Source: Paragordius varius (lineage: Eukaryota; Animalia; Nematomorpha). From it: a DNA stretch of 64,000 nt. The position numbers were made by a program, and so were the translations under genes. Within the stretch, counting starts at the first letter, position 1; each line of letters starts with the position of its first letter. Positions 33,401-45,060 of the stretch are shown here, piece after piece. Where the stretch lies: assembly GCA_964247055.1 (NCBI GenBank), contig OZ176055.1:7564001-7628000 (forward strand), read 5' to 3'. The notes beneath the pieces are model-generated. The model was not told the DNA's origin. It saw only the letters and a list, made by a program, of their open reading frames with translations, and ran no database searches.

Positions 33401-36400
33401 TTAATACAATTATTAACTAAATTTTTTAAATAAAAAATTGTAATTAATAACCCAGAAAAATATATTTATTTAAATGTTAAAATCTTATAATTTTAAAATA
33501 ATTTTATAAAAATTAACAAAGAAATACGGTTTTTTGAATTAAGTTTATGTTAAATAATGAAAATAGGTTTAAATGATAAAAAAGATGAATGATACACGAA
33601 TTGATTAATAAAAGTTAAAAACAAAACAAAGAGTTAAAGGACCAATTCAACTTGAAGTGTTCAAGGACACTCTTGAAGTGCAAATGATATATCAGCAGAA
33701 AGACAGTGCAAATTTTAAATAAGTGTATTATCGTATAATCATACCATATCCGGGTCTAGGAGGTCCTCCAGGTCCGCCGGGTTGTCCGGGTGCACCAGGC
33801 ATACCAGGTGCTCCAGGTTGTCCGGGATATCCTAAGAACAATACATTTTGGTCATGATTAAAAAAATATGGATATAGCTTTATGAAGTATTCAAAATTAA
33901 CAATTATTAATCAAGGTATTTAAATAAGTATCAAATGCCTTGAAAGTATGAATGTTTTGTGGCATCATCCTAAAAATATTCATCATAATTTGTAAGTTAT
34001 TTGTATTTTTATGATACAGATTATGGATAAAATATTGACCTGGAACTCTTCAAGCAGTCATAACTTATTTTAAATTGATATAAAAAAAGGTTATGTTATG
34101 TACATTCTACTTTGATAGCGCATTTGCACCTTATCAAACCCATAATTTTTTTTTATTGGTTAATATTTAAAATCAATAATTTTAAACCAGGGGCGCCGGG
34201 CATTCCAGGCTGACCGGGGGAAATCTGTCCGGCGGGCCCTTGTGGTGGATATGATCCAGGCCATGGCTGACCAGGAGCTCCAGCAAAGCTTGGCCTTCCG
34301 CTAGGGGGTGCCCCGCCTGCCGCCTGAGCCCTCAAATATGCTGATTGAAGATGGGGTTCAATAGGTTCAAGGCATGCGCTTCCTCCACACGTGTCACTAC
34401 AACATTTAGCGTTAGCTGGGCAGAAGGCGTCATTTTCACATTTTCGATAGTTAATGGATTTACCCTCCGAGCTAATTTTGGGTGGACACTGTCCGCCTGG
34501 TGGCGAGGATGCTGCTGGACAGGTACCTGGTTTCGTTTTGGGTTTACACACCGGCTGAGGTATGCATTTGGGTCCACCAGCTGAGGCAGTTTGTCTATCG
34601 CATCCAGGTCCCGAGGACGGAGTTCTTTCCAACAGGCATTGAGAATCTGCCGGGCAATTATGCTGTGCACATGGATTGTGACAATCACATGTAGGGCAAC
34701 CAGAACCAGGTGCTATATCAAATCCATAAGGACAAAATCGGGTGCAAGCCACTCTTGGACAATCTTATAATTGAATGTTTGAGCGAGAATTATTTACGAA
34801 TTTATAAAATAGAGAAAAAAACAATACTCGGATTCGTCATTTCATCTTGTGGACCAGGTTGTTGTGCCATAACATTATTGTTTGATTGTGGGTATGGTCC
34901 ATGAGGACTAATTAATTACATTGATTTTAAACAATAATTAATTTAACGTTTATATGCATATGCATGTACATATTGAAGGCATATATTACTCATATTGTGG
35001 TCCTCCAGCGCCACCTTGCTGCATGTAATCAGCTGCAGCTTGATCACGTTGTGGATCAAAGGTTGGGTTCTGAGGGAAAGCTATATTGGGTGGTTCGATT
35101 GCTCCGCTAGGTCTACGTGACTGTGAATTCACTGAGGTTTGTTGGCCAGGTGAAGAATAACTACCTGGTATCCCGCCTCCAGTCAAAGAATCTGAATATG
35201 GAGGCGGTGGAATTCCATCTCCAACACTTGGTCTCCTACCAGCATATGAATCACCAGGTTGTCCTGGTTGACCTGGTGCTCCTGGCTGACCAGGTGCGCC
35301 AGGAATACCGGGATACCCTGGAGGATATGCCTGACTAGGTCTTCGCGAAGGATCCTGACGTGATGCGCCAGATGATCCAGTAGCAGCGCTAAAAACAGGG
35401 GGACCACCCAAACAAACCTCTTGGCATTCTTGTGCAGAATGAAATCTATTACCATTTCCCATGCAACCGCTGAACGAAAAATTCTTGCAAGCACTGCCAT
35501 CAAAGTACCACATGTTGAGGTTACTGTTACAGGGTCCTCGGTCCATTCCACTTTGGCAAACATCTACGTATGTTAAGATCAAAATTATAATAAGTATATA
35601 TTTCTATTGTTAATCATAATAAATAATATACTTATATCTTTGTATTGGCCGCACGTTCGTTCGCAACGTTCTCGTGTATCGAATCGGTTGGCATTTCCAC
35701 CACAACCACTATATCTAAAAGGTTTACAATCCTTTGTAGATGGGTCAAAATAAAAATTTAAATGAGTTTCCGAACAACTTCCAGCATCTCTGGGCAGAGA
35801 ACACATGCCTACAATTAGGATTGAAAATTAATAAATTAATAAGCAGCCAATTCTTTAATAGCGTGTAGTTTAATTAAATAATCTTACTATCATCTGGCTT
35901 TCGCCAAAGAGGAGCGGAATGCGGAGCTAAATGGCCAGCTTGCTGAGATTGTTGTTGTTCATGCTGCCCTTGATGTTGCTGCTGTCTCTCTTGGGAATAT
36001 GGATAGGGCATGGGTGGCGCTCTAAAAATTGCACAAAATTCGGATAAGTAAAATTTTCTCTATATAATAAGTTTTTGACCGGTGCCTTTCAACATAATAT
36101 ATCAAGGCACATTCAAATTTTTACACTAAATAGAACGCGCACGCACATATTTATAAACCAACAAAACCAAAAATTTCAATCGGATTTGGACATTTTTTAG
36201 TTAAAAACCTAGAGAATATATAAAATAAAAGCCATACCCAGGTTGAGGTTGCATTTGTCGTTGACGCTCTGCTTCTTGTCGAGCTCTTTGTTCTTGCTGT
36301 TGGCGAATTATCTCATTTTGATGAGTTTGTTCTTCGTATCTATATAAGATGGTTTTATCAATATTTTTTTGCATTATATAAAAGTGTGTGATATAAACCA

Positions 36401-39400
36401 AATGAATTATACAATTATAATTGAACATTCTTTGATGTCCTGTCTTAAATACCATGATAATATAGTCATGCAATTTTGTATAGGAATATTAATATATCCC
36501 TTACAAACTATCATAATAAAATTTTTACAAGGGTAAATGAATATGATAAACGAGGTACCCAGGTTGTCCTGGTTGAAAAACAGGAGCGCCACCAGCTTGA
36601 ACAGGTGGATAAGAGGGTCGCCTAGAACCCGAATCACCACTAGAGGCTGCGCATGTCGCCTCACATTGTTGTTGAGAGTCGAAACGGTTTAAATGGTCTC
36701 CAGGACATCCGCCATCCATAAACTGTTTACATGACCGAGTCATGGGGTCAAAATGCCATTTGGGGACCCAACCTGTGCATGATTGCGTTTGAATGGGAGA
36801 TAGGCATTTTGCTGCGGGACTACCACCAGATCCTATTTTAATTTTAGGAAAACATTATATTCTATTTTACTTATTATAGTTGATTCATTGTTTATAAAAT
36901 GTATCATGAATACTCTATCTAGAAATTTCGGCTAATATTTTATACATTTAGTTTATTAACCATTAGTATTGTTTGTAAAAAAATACCAGGTTGAAAAGAT
37001 ACTCTTCGTGTGATCTCATATTGGGGGCTGCCGGGAACGGGCGCAGGTGCTATAAACAACATGAATTGTACAAAAATACGATATTTTTAAAATAAAAAAT
37101 ATGTTAACAAAAGGATTAACCTGCACCTCCAGCCGATCCAGGTTGACCAGGGGCTGCTCCTGGCTGAATAATATCTTTGGCCGCTTGTTCGGGTTGACAT
37201 TTTAGTTGACAGTACTCGAGTGAAGGGAAATTATTGGCATTTCCGCGACAACCGGCTTTAATTTTAACGGAGTTATATTGATTAAATATTTAAACGCAAA
37301 ATTTTAATGGCAAAAAGTAACAAAATAACATACTAAAAATGAACTCGAGACATTTGTTTTGAATGTAATCATAGAACCATCGTTTATTTTGTTCTTGGCA
37401 ATTACCAGGATCCTTAGGCAAATTACACTCTAAAAAATATTAACTATCAATATTAATAATAATTTACCGGTTGTATGTTATTGTAGAAATTTAATGGTTA
37501 TATATCCTATTTTTTATTTTTTTATTTTTTATCCTTTATTTTGCATGGATAGTTTATTACAGATTGTTAATCTCGCATAATTACCGTTCTATAAAAGTTA
37601 AAACCTCATTTAATTTTTATATTCAATCAAGACTTCTAATAAAAAATTTACCCGGCAAAATTTTGCTTTGATATCCAGGAGGTCCATGAACCATATCCAC
37701 TTTTGGAGGGGGTTGAGCCTCATCAAATGTTTCCCCACTGTCTCCTTCACCGCCATCTTTTTAATATTCATGATATAGGTAAGAAATTTTTAAACAAAAA
37801 ATAAAGATAGAAACCTTTTTCTCTGAGTTTGATGGGAACGACATAATCCACATTTGGATGTGTACACTCATAATTGCCATAATCACTTGGTTCAAGGTTT
37901 GGAATTATAAGTACACCATTTTCAACCCTAGCTTTTGGACTAATAGGTTCTCCCGATTTCATCCATTGTATTTGAGGTTGACCTGGAGCAATGCGAACCG
38001 TTCCAGATGGACCGTAGGCAGTACAATTAATTTGAACAGTTGATCCCAATTCAGCATTGCGTATTCCGGGTAACACAAATAAATCTGTGATCGGATTTTC
38101 TCCACCAGCAGCAACACCTCCTTTAATATCATTCATAAAATTTTTACCGCAAAAAAATTAAAAATTATATTATATATATAATAAAAACGGTTCCAAATAT
38201 TAATATTTGTGTTACCAGAAGGTGGAGGAGGAGGATACTGACCAGGTGCTGGATACTGGGGTTGCCCTTGAGGTTGACCTTGGCTTCCGCTTTGTTGATA
38301 TCTAGGGTCAGCCTGTTGTGGGCTGCCGCCAGGTGCTGCACTACCGCATTTAGCGTCACACTCTTGCTTGCTTTCAAATCTATTATATACATTATTTTTA
38401 AACAGTTCATAATATATTTGCACTTGTTTGAAGTGATAAATAAGCAAAAACGTATACCTGTTGTTAGAGCCACCACATCCACCATAATAAAATTGTCTAC
38501 ATTGACCATTTTCAAATGTATATTTCATTTTGTAATCGGCACACGTTCCTTGCACAGCGGGAAGATCACTGCAAACTAATGGTTAAATAAAGTTTAGCAT
38601 TAATTAAAAATAATATGATTTTAAGTTTAAAAACGCGGGTATCATAAATCTAACTTCCAGCCGATGGTTGATTTGGTTGTTGGGCCGGAGGATACTGGGG
38701 CGCTCTCTGTTGCTGCTGCTGTTGTTGCATTAGCCTAATATAGTAAATCCCATCAATTAATAAAGTCAAGCAAGTAGCGTTATAGGATGTGGACTTACAT
38801 AAATAAGATACACACAGAAAGTAAGTATCTTTTTTCTTACCTAGGTGTATCTCAAAATAGTATACCTGGGATCATATTGTTGAGGTTGAGGTTGTGGGGG
38901 CCGTCCTTGTTGCGCTGGTTGAGGATAAGGATAAGGTCGTGAAGGTTGAGGGGCTTGTTGAGGCCCGCTAGCCGGAGGTGGCGGTAAATAGGCTGGGTAA
39001 GGGGCCGGAGCACCACCATATGGCGCATGAGCTGCTGGCTGTGGTTGTCCATATGATTGGGATTGTCTTCTTGAAGCATCTATAAAAAAATAATATTTTA
39101 CCATCAAAATATACAAATGCGTACATATGGATACAGTACAGTGTCTCTAATGATAACTTTAATAAGATCATTCTATTGAATTATGGATTTTATCAAAAAC
39201 TAGGGATGCATATTTTTGGATCCATAATAATTATTGTTATTAAATATATTTAGGATGCTAATAAAATATCCCAAAAATGGATTCTTATTTTCCCAACATA
39301 TGTTAAAGAGATTTAAAAACCAATAAATACCCTCGGGATCATCATGATGTCCGTTTCCATTGTCATCGTCAGGGAGACAAAACTCACGACAATCTGATTC

Positions 39401-42400
39401 AGATAGGAAATTATTGGCATTCCCACCACATCCGGAATAAGTAAATTGCTGACAACGTCCCCCTGAAAAGGAGTATCTGGGTTTTGAGTTTGCGCAATTT
39501 CCTCTGTCCATAGGTGGAAGGGAGCAAATAGTTTGATCTGAAACATTAATACAAATTATATTTTTTGTTTTCAATCATTTCACTTATTACTTGCCCCGCT
39601 TTTGATTATAAAATTTTAATTCGGTTTTAATAAATTTAAGTATTATGAATCAATACCCGAATCAACTCCAGCACTCTGACACGATGCTTCACACTCTTGT
39701 TTGCTATTGAATTTGTTTGGATTTCCTCCTGAACCTTTGTATTGAAACGTTTGGCAATCATCCGTGAATGGATCAAAGTACCAACGAGGTTCTGACCCAG
39801 AACCTGAGCCAGGATCTTTGGGTAACATGCATATTTCTATGTGTGCAAATAATTTTATTTGCTATACATTAAAATTTATCCTACGTTTATTAATCTTCCC
39901 TATTTTGAACAAAGAGTTTTACAATAACTTAGCTAATAAAATGAATGTATTTACTGGCCAAATTATGGTCGGAACAGATAATCTGGCATTCTTCCATAGA
40001 TTGGAATATATTATCCGAAATTTCACCGCAACCAGAAAAATTAAACGGTACGCATTGCCAAAGTTTAGTGTTAAAATAAAAGAGTTCAATAGCTTCACCT
40101 TCACAGCCCTCTTCGACGGGTTCGATTTTGGGATTAGGAGATAGGCACACACCTTAAATTGAAAATCACATCAAACATTACATGCAAGTTGTAGTATATT
40201 TACATGCATTATATAACCATTAAATTTTTTATCAATCCTTTGATAATTCCGTATGACATAAATTATTAAACATTAAATTTTTCCAGATAACATAAACAGT
40301 AAAGAGAATTATTATTGGTGAATAACAAGAAATAGCAAAAAATAACATTAAGATAATAATGTCTTTGCTGTATGTGCTATTTGGCAATAATTAATGAAAA
40401 ACTTGCAATGTTTATTTATTGATATTGTAAATAAAATAGAGCATGCAAATAGTTTTTTGAAAACAAACATTCGTACTTTTTTCAGTTGGAGGGCATTCTC
40501 CCTCGCAATCTTTTGCCAAGGATTCATCTTTTTCTAAGCCGGAAAAAATGCACACAAGTTAAAACCTTTCTTAAGAAATGTTCACAGCAAACATATGTAT
40601 GTAATGATAAGTAATTATCCAATTATATAATAAATGAGCCAAAAGATATATATACATAATTGCGCAGTAGGAGATATGAAAATAAAAGTAGTTTAAAATT
40701 TTCTCAATTATGGATTAATTAAACTTCCACACTCGTTAAAACAAAATAAACAACTTAAAATGTTTTTCGGAAGGATAAATTTTGAAAGTAATATTTATAA
40801 ATAAAAATATATTATACGGGCATCCCCAGGCCGATCTGGTTTAGGCGGTGGTGGTGTGCTTCGCCCTTGTCCAGGTAAACAAGCCTGTTCACATTTGTTT
40901 TGGGTAATAAATTTATTAGCATTGCCTCCGCAACCGCTATATACAAATGGGAAACATCCTTTGGCTTCGGCATCGTGATAAAAAACAGGTATGCTTTCAT
41001 CGCAATTCCCAACGGCCAAAGGTAGTTGACAAGCATCTTCGAACAAGACAAAGATTATGTTAATTATGTAAAAAATCATAAAATTATACACAAACATGAT
41101 TTAAATTATTATTATCTAACAAAGTTTAACTTCAATGAGTTGACTATCGCAAAACCTCATGCACATTTGGTTTTTATGGGTTATTAATGATAATTAATAA
41201 TATTAATGTACCCAAATCCGAAAAATTTGCACTTAAAAAAATTTTCCATTTTTGTTATTTTGCGGCAAAGTTATCGAAAAAAAATAAAAGAATTTGAAAC
41301 AAATACCCATGTAATTTCAAGAGAATCAAAAACTCACAAATATGTTTTCCATTAGAGGAAAAAGCGACGCAATTTTTTGAAATTTTATTGCTCATTTAGT
41401 TAAAATTTATATAATACTAATATTTCCTCAAATAGCTTGCTAAAAATTACTTTAATTTCGAAACTTTTCCGTATAATTTATCCAAACAAAAACCTCAAAA
41501 AAATTGTATTAAAATATTATTCCAAGGGTATTAAATAATTTCGCTTCCATATTAATTCATATATTCATTGGTTAAATAATAAAAGTTTCCACTTATACTA
41601 AAAAATTAAATAATTTAAAGTTATACCAATAATACATATAAAATAAATAATTAATTTTAAGGTGTATTTGAATTATCATAAAATTAATAAACTATAATTA
41701 TGTCAAGGAATGATTATAACAAAAAAGTTAAGCAGCAAACCAAATATTAATTGACATTTCACTAATAGAATGAACAGCAGATAGCAGACAACAAAACATC
41801 TCCTAGACTAGAATAATATCCATTTTTATAACCAAAGATATAGCTGTTTACTGTTATTAGAGATATCTATTAAATATTTCATGCAAAAATGCAAATTTAC
41901 TAATTATACAGATTTGAGAATATATTTATACATAGATTTAAACGTATGAAAAAAATTTCGTGCTTCAGATAAAAGCATGCAATGAGAAAACACACTACTT
42001 TCGAGTTTGTCTGGTGTAACACAAAACTTATGACATTCATCTTTGCTTTTAAAACGATTATTATTTCCACCGCACCCACCATACCAAAATGAACGGCACT
42101 GCGCCGCAGACGTGCTATAATGCCAATACTTTTTAAAGTCGTTGCATCTACCGTCATCCTTGGAAGGTAGTGCACAATCTTTGGGCTCTATACAGGGACA
42201 CACACACGCATATATATTTGAACATTGTTGGGTTATAAATACACACACATATTACGTAAATTTTTGGGGTTCGTTTATATGTTTTGAAAATCTCAAAATA
42301 TATAATGAAAAGCCTTCAGAATCCAACAAATATGGATTAAACGCAATGTAAGAGAAATAAATGCAAAAACTATAACGGGTTAAACAGCTGTAAAAATAGT

Positions 42401-45060
42401 TTGTCTACATTTCAAAACATGGAGGTAGCTTATTTTTTATTATATATCTTTGCTAGTATTAAAACCATAAATATATTAAAACATCCAATGAGGCTACAAT
42501 AATATATTTGTGGCTATTTTATACTATAAGTTAGTTTATGCTAAACCTTTTCTTTCATTTAATGGAGTCAACTTAAATATTATTCAAAAGATCCTTTGAC
42601 ATAACATTATTATTGTATATAATACTACTAGATTTTGTGGAACCTTTAACCTTAATATTATAAAATGTAATATGTATGACATGCGAAATGTAACACTCAT
42701 TTTCATCCGACAAAATTTAAAAGGTTTTTTTCTTGAAAATAATTTGTAAACACACACATCAACAAAGCAAACATTATATTACACAAGATTATAACCCAAA
42801 TACCATACATATTATTATATTTAACAATACTTTTACTTACTTCGATCAACTATATCACTACCATCATGTAGGGGAACAGCAGGTGGTGTTACAGGTTGAT
42901 TGGGTTGATAACCCGCCCCCGGAGGTCCATACTGTTGAGGAGGGCCGCCTGGAGGCCCACCACCAGGATATGGTTGCGCCCCATAAGGTTGAGGTTGGCC
43001 CTGAGAAGGGGAATAAGGTAGAGGGTATTGCTGTGCTTGGGGAGCCGGATAACCCGGAGGATAGCCCATTTGAGGTGGGTATCCTCGAGCCGATTGTTGA
43101 CATTGTGGATCCTGTGGATACTAAAAAATTAGTAATTTTACAAATGTAATGAAGCAACAATAAATTTGTTGACAAACAATTGATAAACTAAAATCTGGTG
43201 AAATCTAGATATATATTTAGATTTTTACCAAATAAAACTCCGAATGTGACCGGAATGTACCTAGCAATGAATACAAATATGACAGAATTGAGAGAGAGAG
43301 AGAGAGAATACAGTTCTATCAGCGGAATTTAGCTTAATAGAATTAAAACTTTTTTAATCATTTTGCAACCAAAAAGTATTCTAGAAACGGTTCAGAAACC
43401 GAGGTACGCTTCAAAAATGGAAACTAATAATATTATTTTACAAATGTTTATATAGCAAACAATTTTTATTTTTCATATTTTTTAATATTGATTTACAAAA
43501 TGATGTTTGGATTTAATAATAAAATTCTATTATATTTACGGCTATTTATTCAAATTTAGGATAAAAGTTAAAAACCTTAAAGCCCAACCTAGAATCATTT
43601 TACCAAACATTGGCACCTTTGAAACAAAATATTTTTAAATCAAAATCAAAAGTGACCATTTTTTTCTAAGAAAAAGTAAAATATGTATTTATTATATTAT
43701 ATCATCAATTAAAAAAATAAACGGAATAATTTTATACCCTACAACAGTCCGACGTTTAATTCTTTAAAACCGCAAAATGTACGATAACAGTGCGTAACTA
43801 CCACAAAATCTACAAAACAATGACTAAAGGTCCATACAAAACAAAATTTTTAATAAAAAGTTTTAGTAAAAATGGAGAAAATTGATAATTGACTATCTTA
43901 GGGTTCTCTGTAAGATCTTTATCATCATACCTAAAGGTCAACAATCCTTTTTTAACTATGTTGGGAAATTAATTTGTGCAAAACTGATCCAGTTATTAAA
44001 CGGATTTTATTGATTTGATTTAATTTACTTTTAAACATACGCACACCAAGCACAGCTACAATATCATTGTAGCGAAACAATTTTTTATCCCGATTTTTTA
44101 TTATAATAGTATATGATAACTCGAGGAAACTAATGATATTTGATAAATATAAATGAAATGAAATGAAAATATAATCATTTAAAATAATGATTATTGTAAT
44201 AAGGTCACATATGCGCTCTACCAACGCTAACCAAGCTTTTCGAATAAAATTTAAAGTTACGGTTTTTACATGATGATAGCTTAAACTATAAAAAACTATC
44301 CTTTCTTAATTATACAATTTTTTAGCATTCATTTTCGAATGAGAATCATGGAAAATTTACGATATTTTAATAAAAAAACAATAATTGAATTTGCAAATCA
44401 GTTATGTACATAAAATTAATATATGTGTGATGATGCATCAAATTTTTTTAACATAATTGGGTTAATTCTGTCATAATAGAAATCATTGATTATTTACTTT
44501 TAAACAAGGAATGCTGTTGATTTTAAATAATGCAATAAATTCGGTTAACTAATTAAATAACCAAATTTCAAAGTAAAAAAATAAATATTAATTTTAATTT
44601 TTTACGTTATGACCTTAATGAATCTAAAATAATTTATAATTTTAGTTTAAAAAATGTAACCGATTATGTTTAAACTAGATTATAATTTTAAGGGCGATAA
44701 AACATTATATTTCGATTTGATAAAAATAAAAAAAGAATTCACAATACCTAAAATATTAAAAAGAATAATAAAAAACTGACATATTAACCAAAAATTCGGA
44801 ACGGTTTTCCGAGCGAACTCGGTTTCATTACTATATAAAATATATTTAAATCTCCAAGGTTTCATAATTTAGTTTTAAAACTTAAATTATGACAATTTAA
44901 TAAAACTTTGAATCTATTCCAATTAAATATTTAATAATAATCATACCCTGCGACAATCCACTCCGCCAGCCAACACATATGAATCGGGTTGAAATATCGA
45001 ATATATGCATAAAAAGATAAAAATAAAGGATAAACTATATGACTTTAAAGGGGGAAACAT
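24463..45060 (-). CDS. Secreted papilin-like Kunitz/WAP/Ig/PLAC matrix protein with interrupted Gly-X-Pro block (~42 exons)
   Basis: Exon 1 (45060-44947) encodes signal-like MFPPLKSYSLSFIFIFLCIYSIFQPDSYVLAGGVDCRR and splices in phase 0 to 43120 (YPQDPQC...). Then 10 Kunitz domains (42187-35410), one internal Ig (38125-37815), antistasin-like + WAP (34770-34190), GXP exons (33833-28390), three Ig (27490-25700), an acidic exon (25416-24991) and PLAC (24728-24463, TAA at 24463). The Kunitz-WAP-3Ig-PLAC order is papilin-like. Symbol withheld because the N-terminal papilin cassette was not seen. Confidence 0.88.
24560..24700 (-). other. PLAC domain
   Basis: CVDNDAISCGAINDPSLCKNEYYRNLCCKTC fits the PLAC cysteine pattern (..LC...YY...CC.TC). 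Confidence 0.85.
25700..27490 (-). other. Three C-terminal I-set/C2 Ig domains, each split over two exons
   Basis: LPCATEGNPKPRIVWYKD...DAGDYICRADNGVG; IDCPMQ...ALWLKD...DEGVYKCLV; IQCAG...VQWFKDG...DAGEYECRTSN. Confidence 0.88.
30729..31710. mobile_element. Old ~1-kb imperfect palindrome (foldback element) in a papilin-like intron
   Basis: Mirror-matched blocks: TCAAGATTAGGGTGCTTT/AAAGCACCATAATATCCTGA, CCTTACGAG/CTCGTAAGG, AATGCCGGGAT/ATCCCGGCATT, GAGTCATGAT/ATCATGACTC, ATCACCTCAGAAT/ATTCTGAGGCGAT. Centre near 31210. A partial right-arm copy lies at about 56530-56730. Confidence 0.78.
32550..33083. mobile_element. MITE family C (CTTCGATTCAAATTGGGGT TIR), interrupted by a family-B end
   Basis: Same TIRs and interior as 55961-56511. 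Its middle section is replaced by the B left end at 32777-32885. Confidence 0.75.
32777..33687. mobile_element. MITE family B composite (outer ends TATA|TCATTTGCAC ... GTGCAAATGA|TATA; second left end at 33148)
   Basis: TIRs and 21-bp TCAAGTTGGTCCTTGAACAAT units; 33148-33687 is an inverted copy of 5523-6076. Confidence 0.78.
34190..34770 (-). other. Antistasin-like + small Cys module + WAP four-disulfide core
   Basis: CPRVACTRFCPYGF....GCPTCDC; NPCAQHNCPADSQC; KPGTCP...CENDAFCPANAKCCSDTCGGSACLEP. Confidence 0.8.
35410..42187 (-). other. Cluster of 10 Kunitz/BPTI domains separated by P/Q/G/Y-rich linkers, with one intercalated Ig domain
   Basis: F.YxGC.GN.NxF....C...C signatures at about 42050, 40920, 40000, 39710, 39410, 38470, 37220, 36700, 35690 and 35450. 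Ig QINCTAYG..IQWMKSGE..DYGNYEC at 37815-38100. Confidence 0.92.

Larger units (their letters stand above)
28390..33833 (-). repeat. Ten consecutive phase-1/1 exons encoding Gly-X-Pro repeats (X=Q,A,Y,G) and poly-Ala
   Basis: Exons at about 33747-33833, 32309-32416, 30459-30530, 30249-30335, 30048-30131, 29524-29602, 29292-29354, 29168-29203, 28727-29052 and 28390-28556, e.g. GYPGQPGAPGMPGAPGQPGGPGGPPRPGYG. Confidence 0.88.

Noticed and set aside
28390-33833. Spider-silk GPGXX pentapeptide interpretation
   Set aside because: Periodicity is 3 (Gly-X-Pro), not 5; only the poly-Ala and GGP runs are superficially silk-like.
43229-43260. Possible 32-nt exon (tag|GTACATT...TTTG|gtaaaa) in intron 1 of the papilin-like gene
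   Set aside because: Length is not a multiple of 3, so it would frameshift between two phase-0 junctions.
43290-43308. (GA)n tract
   Set aside because: Ordinary short intronic microsatellite; no further signal.
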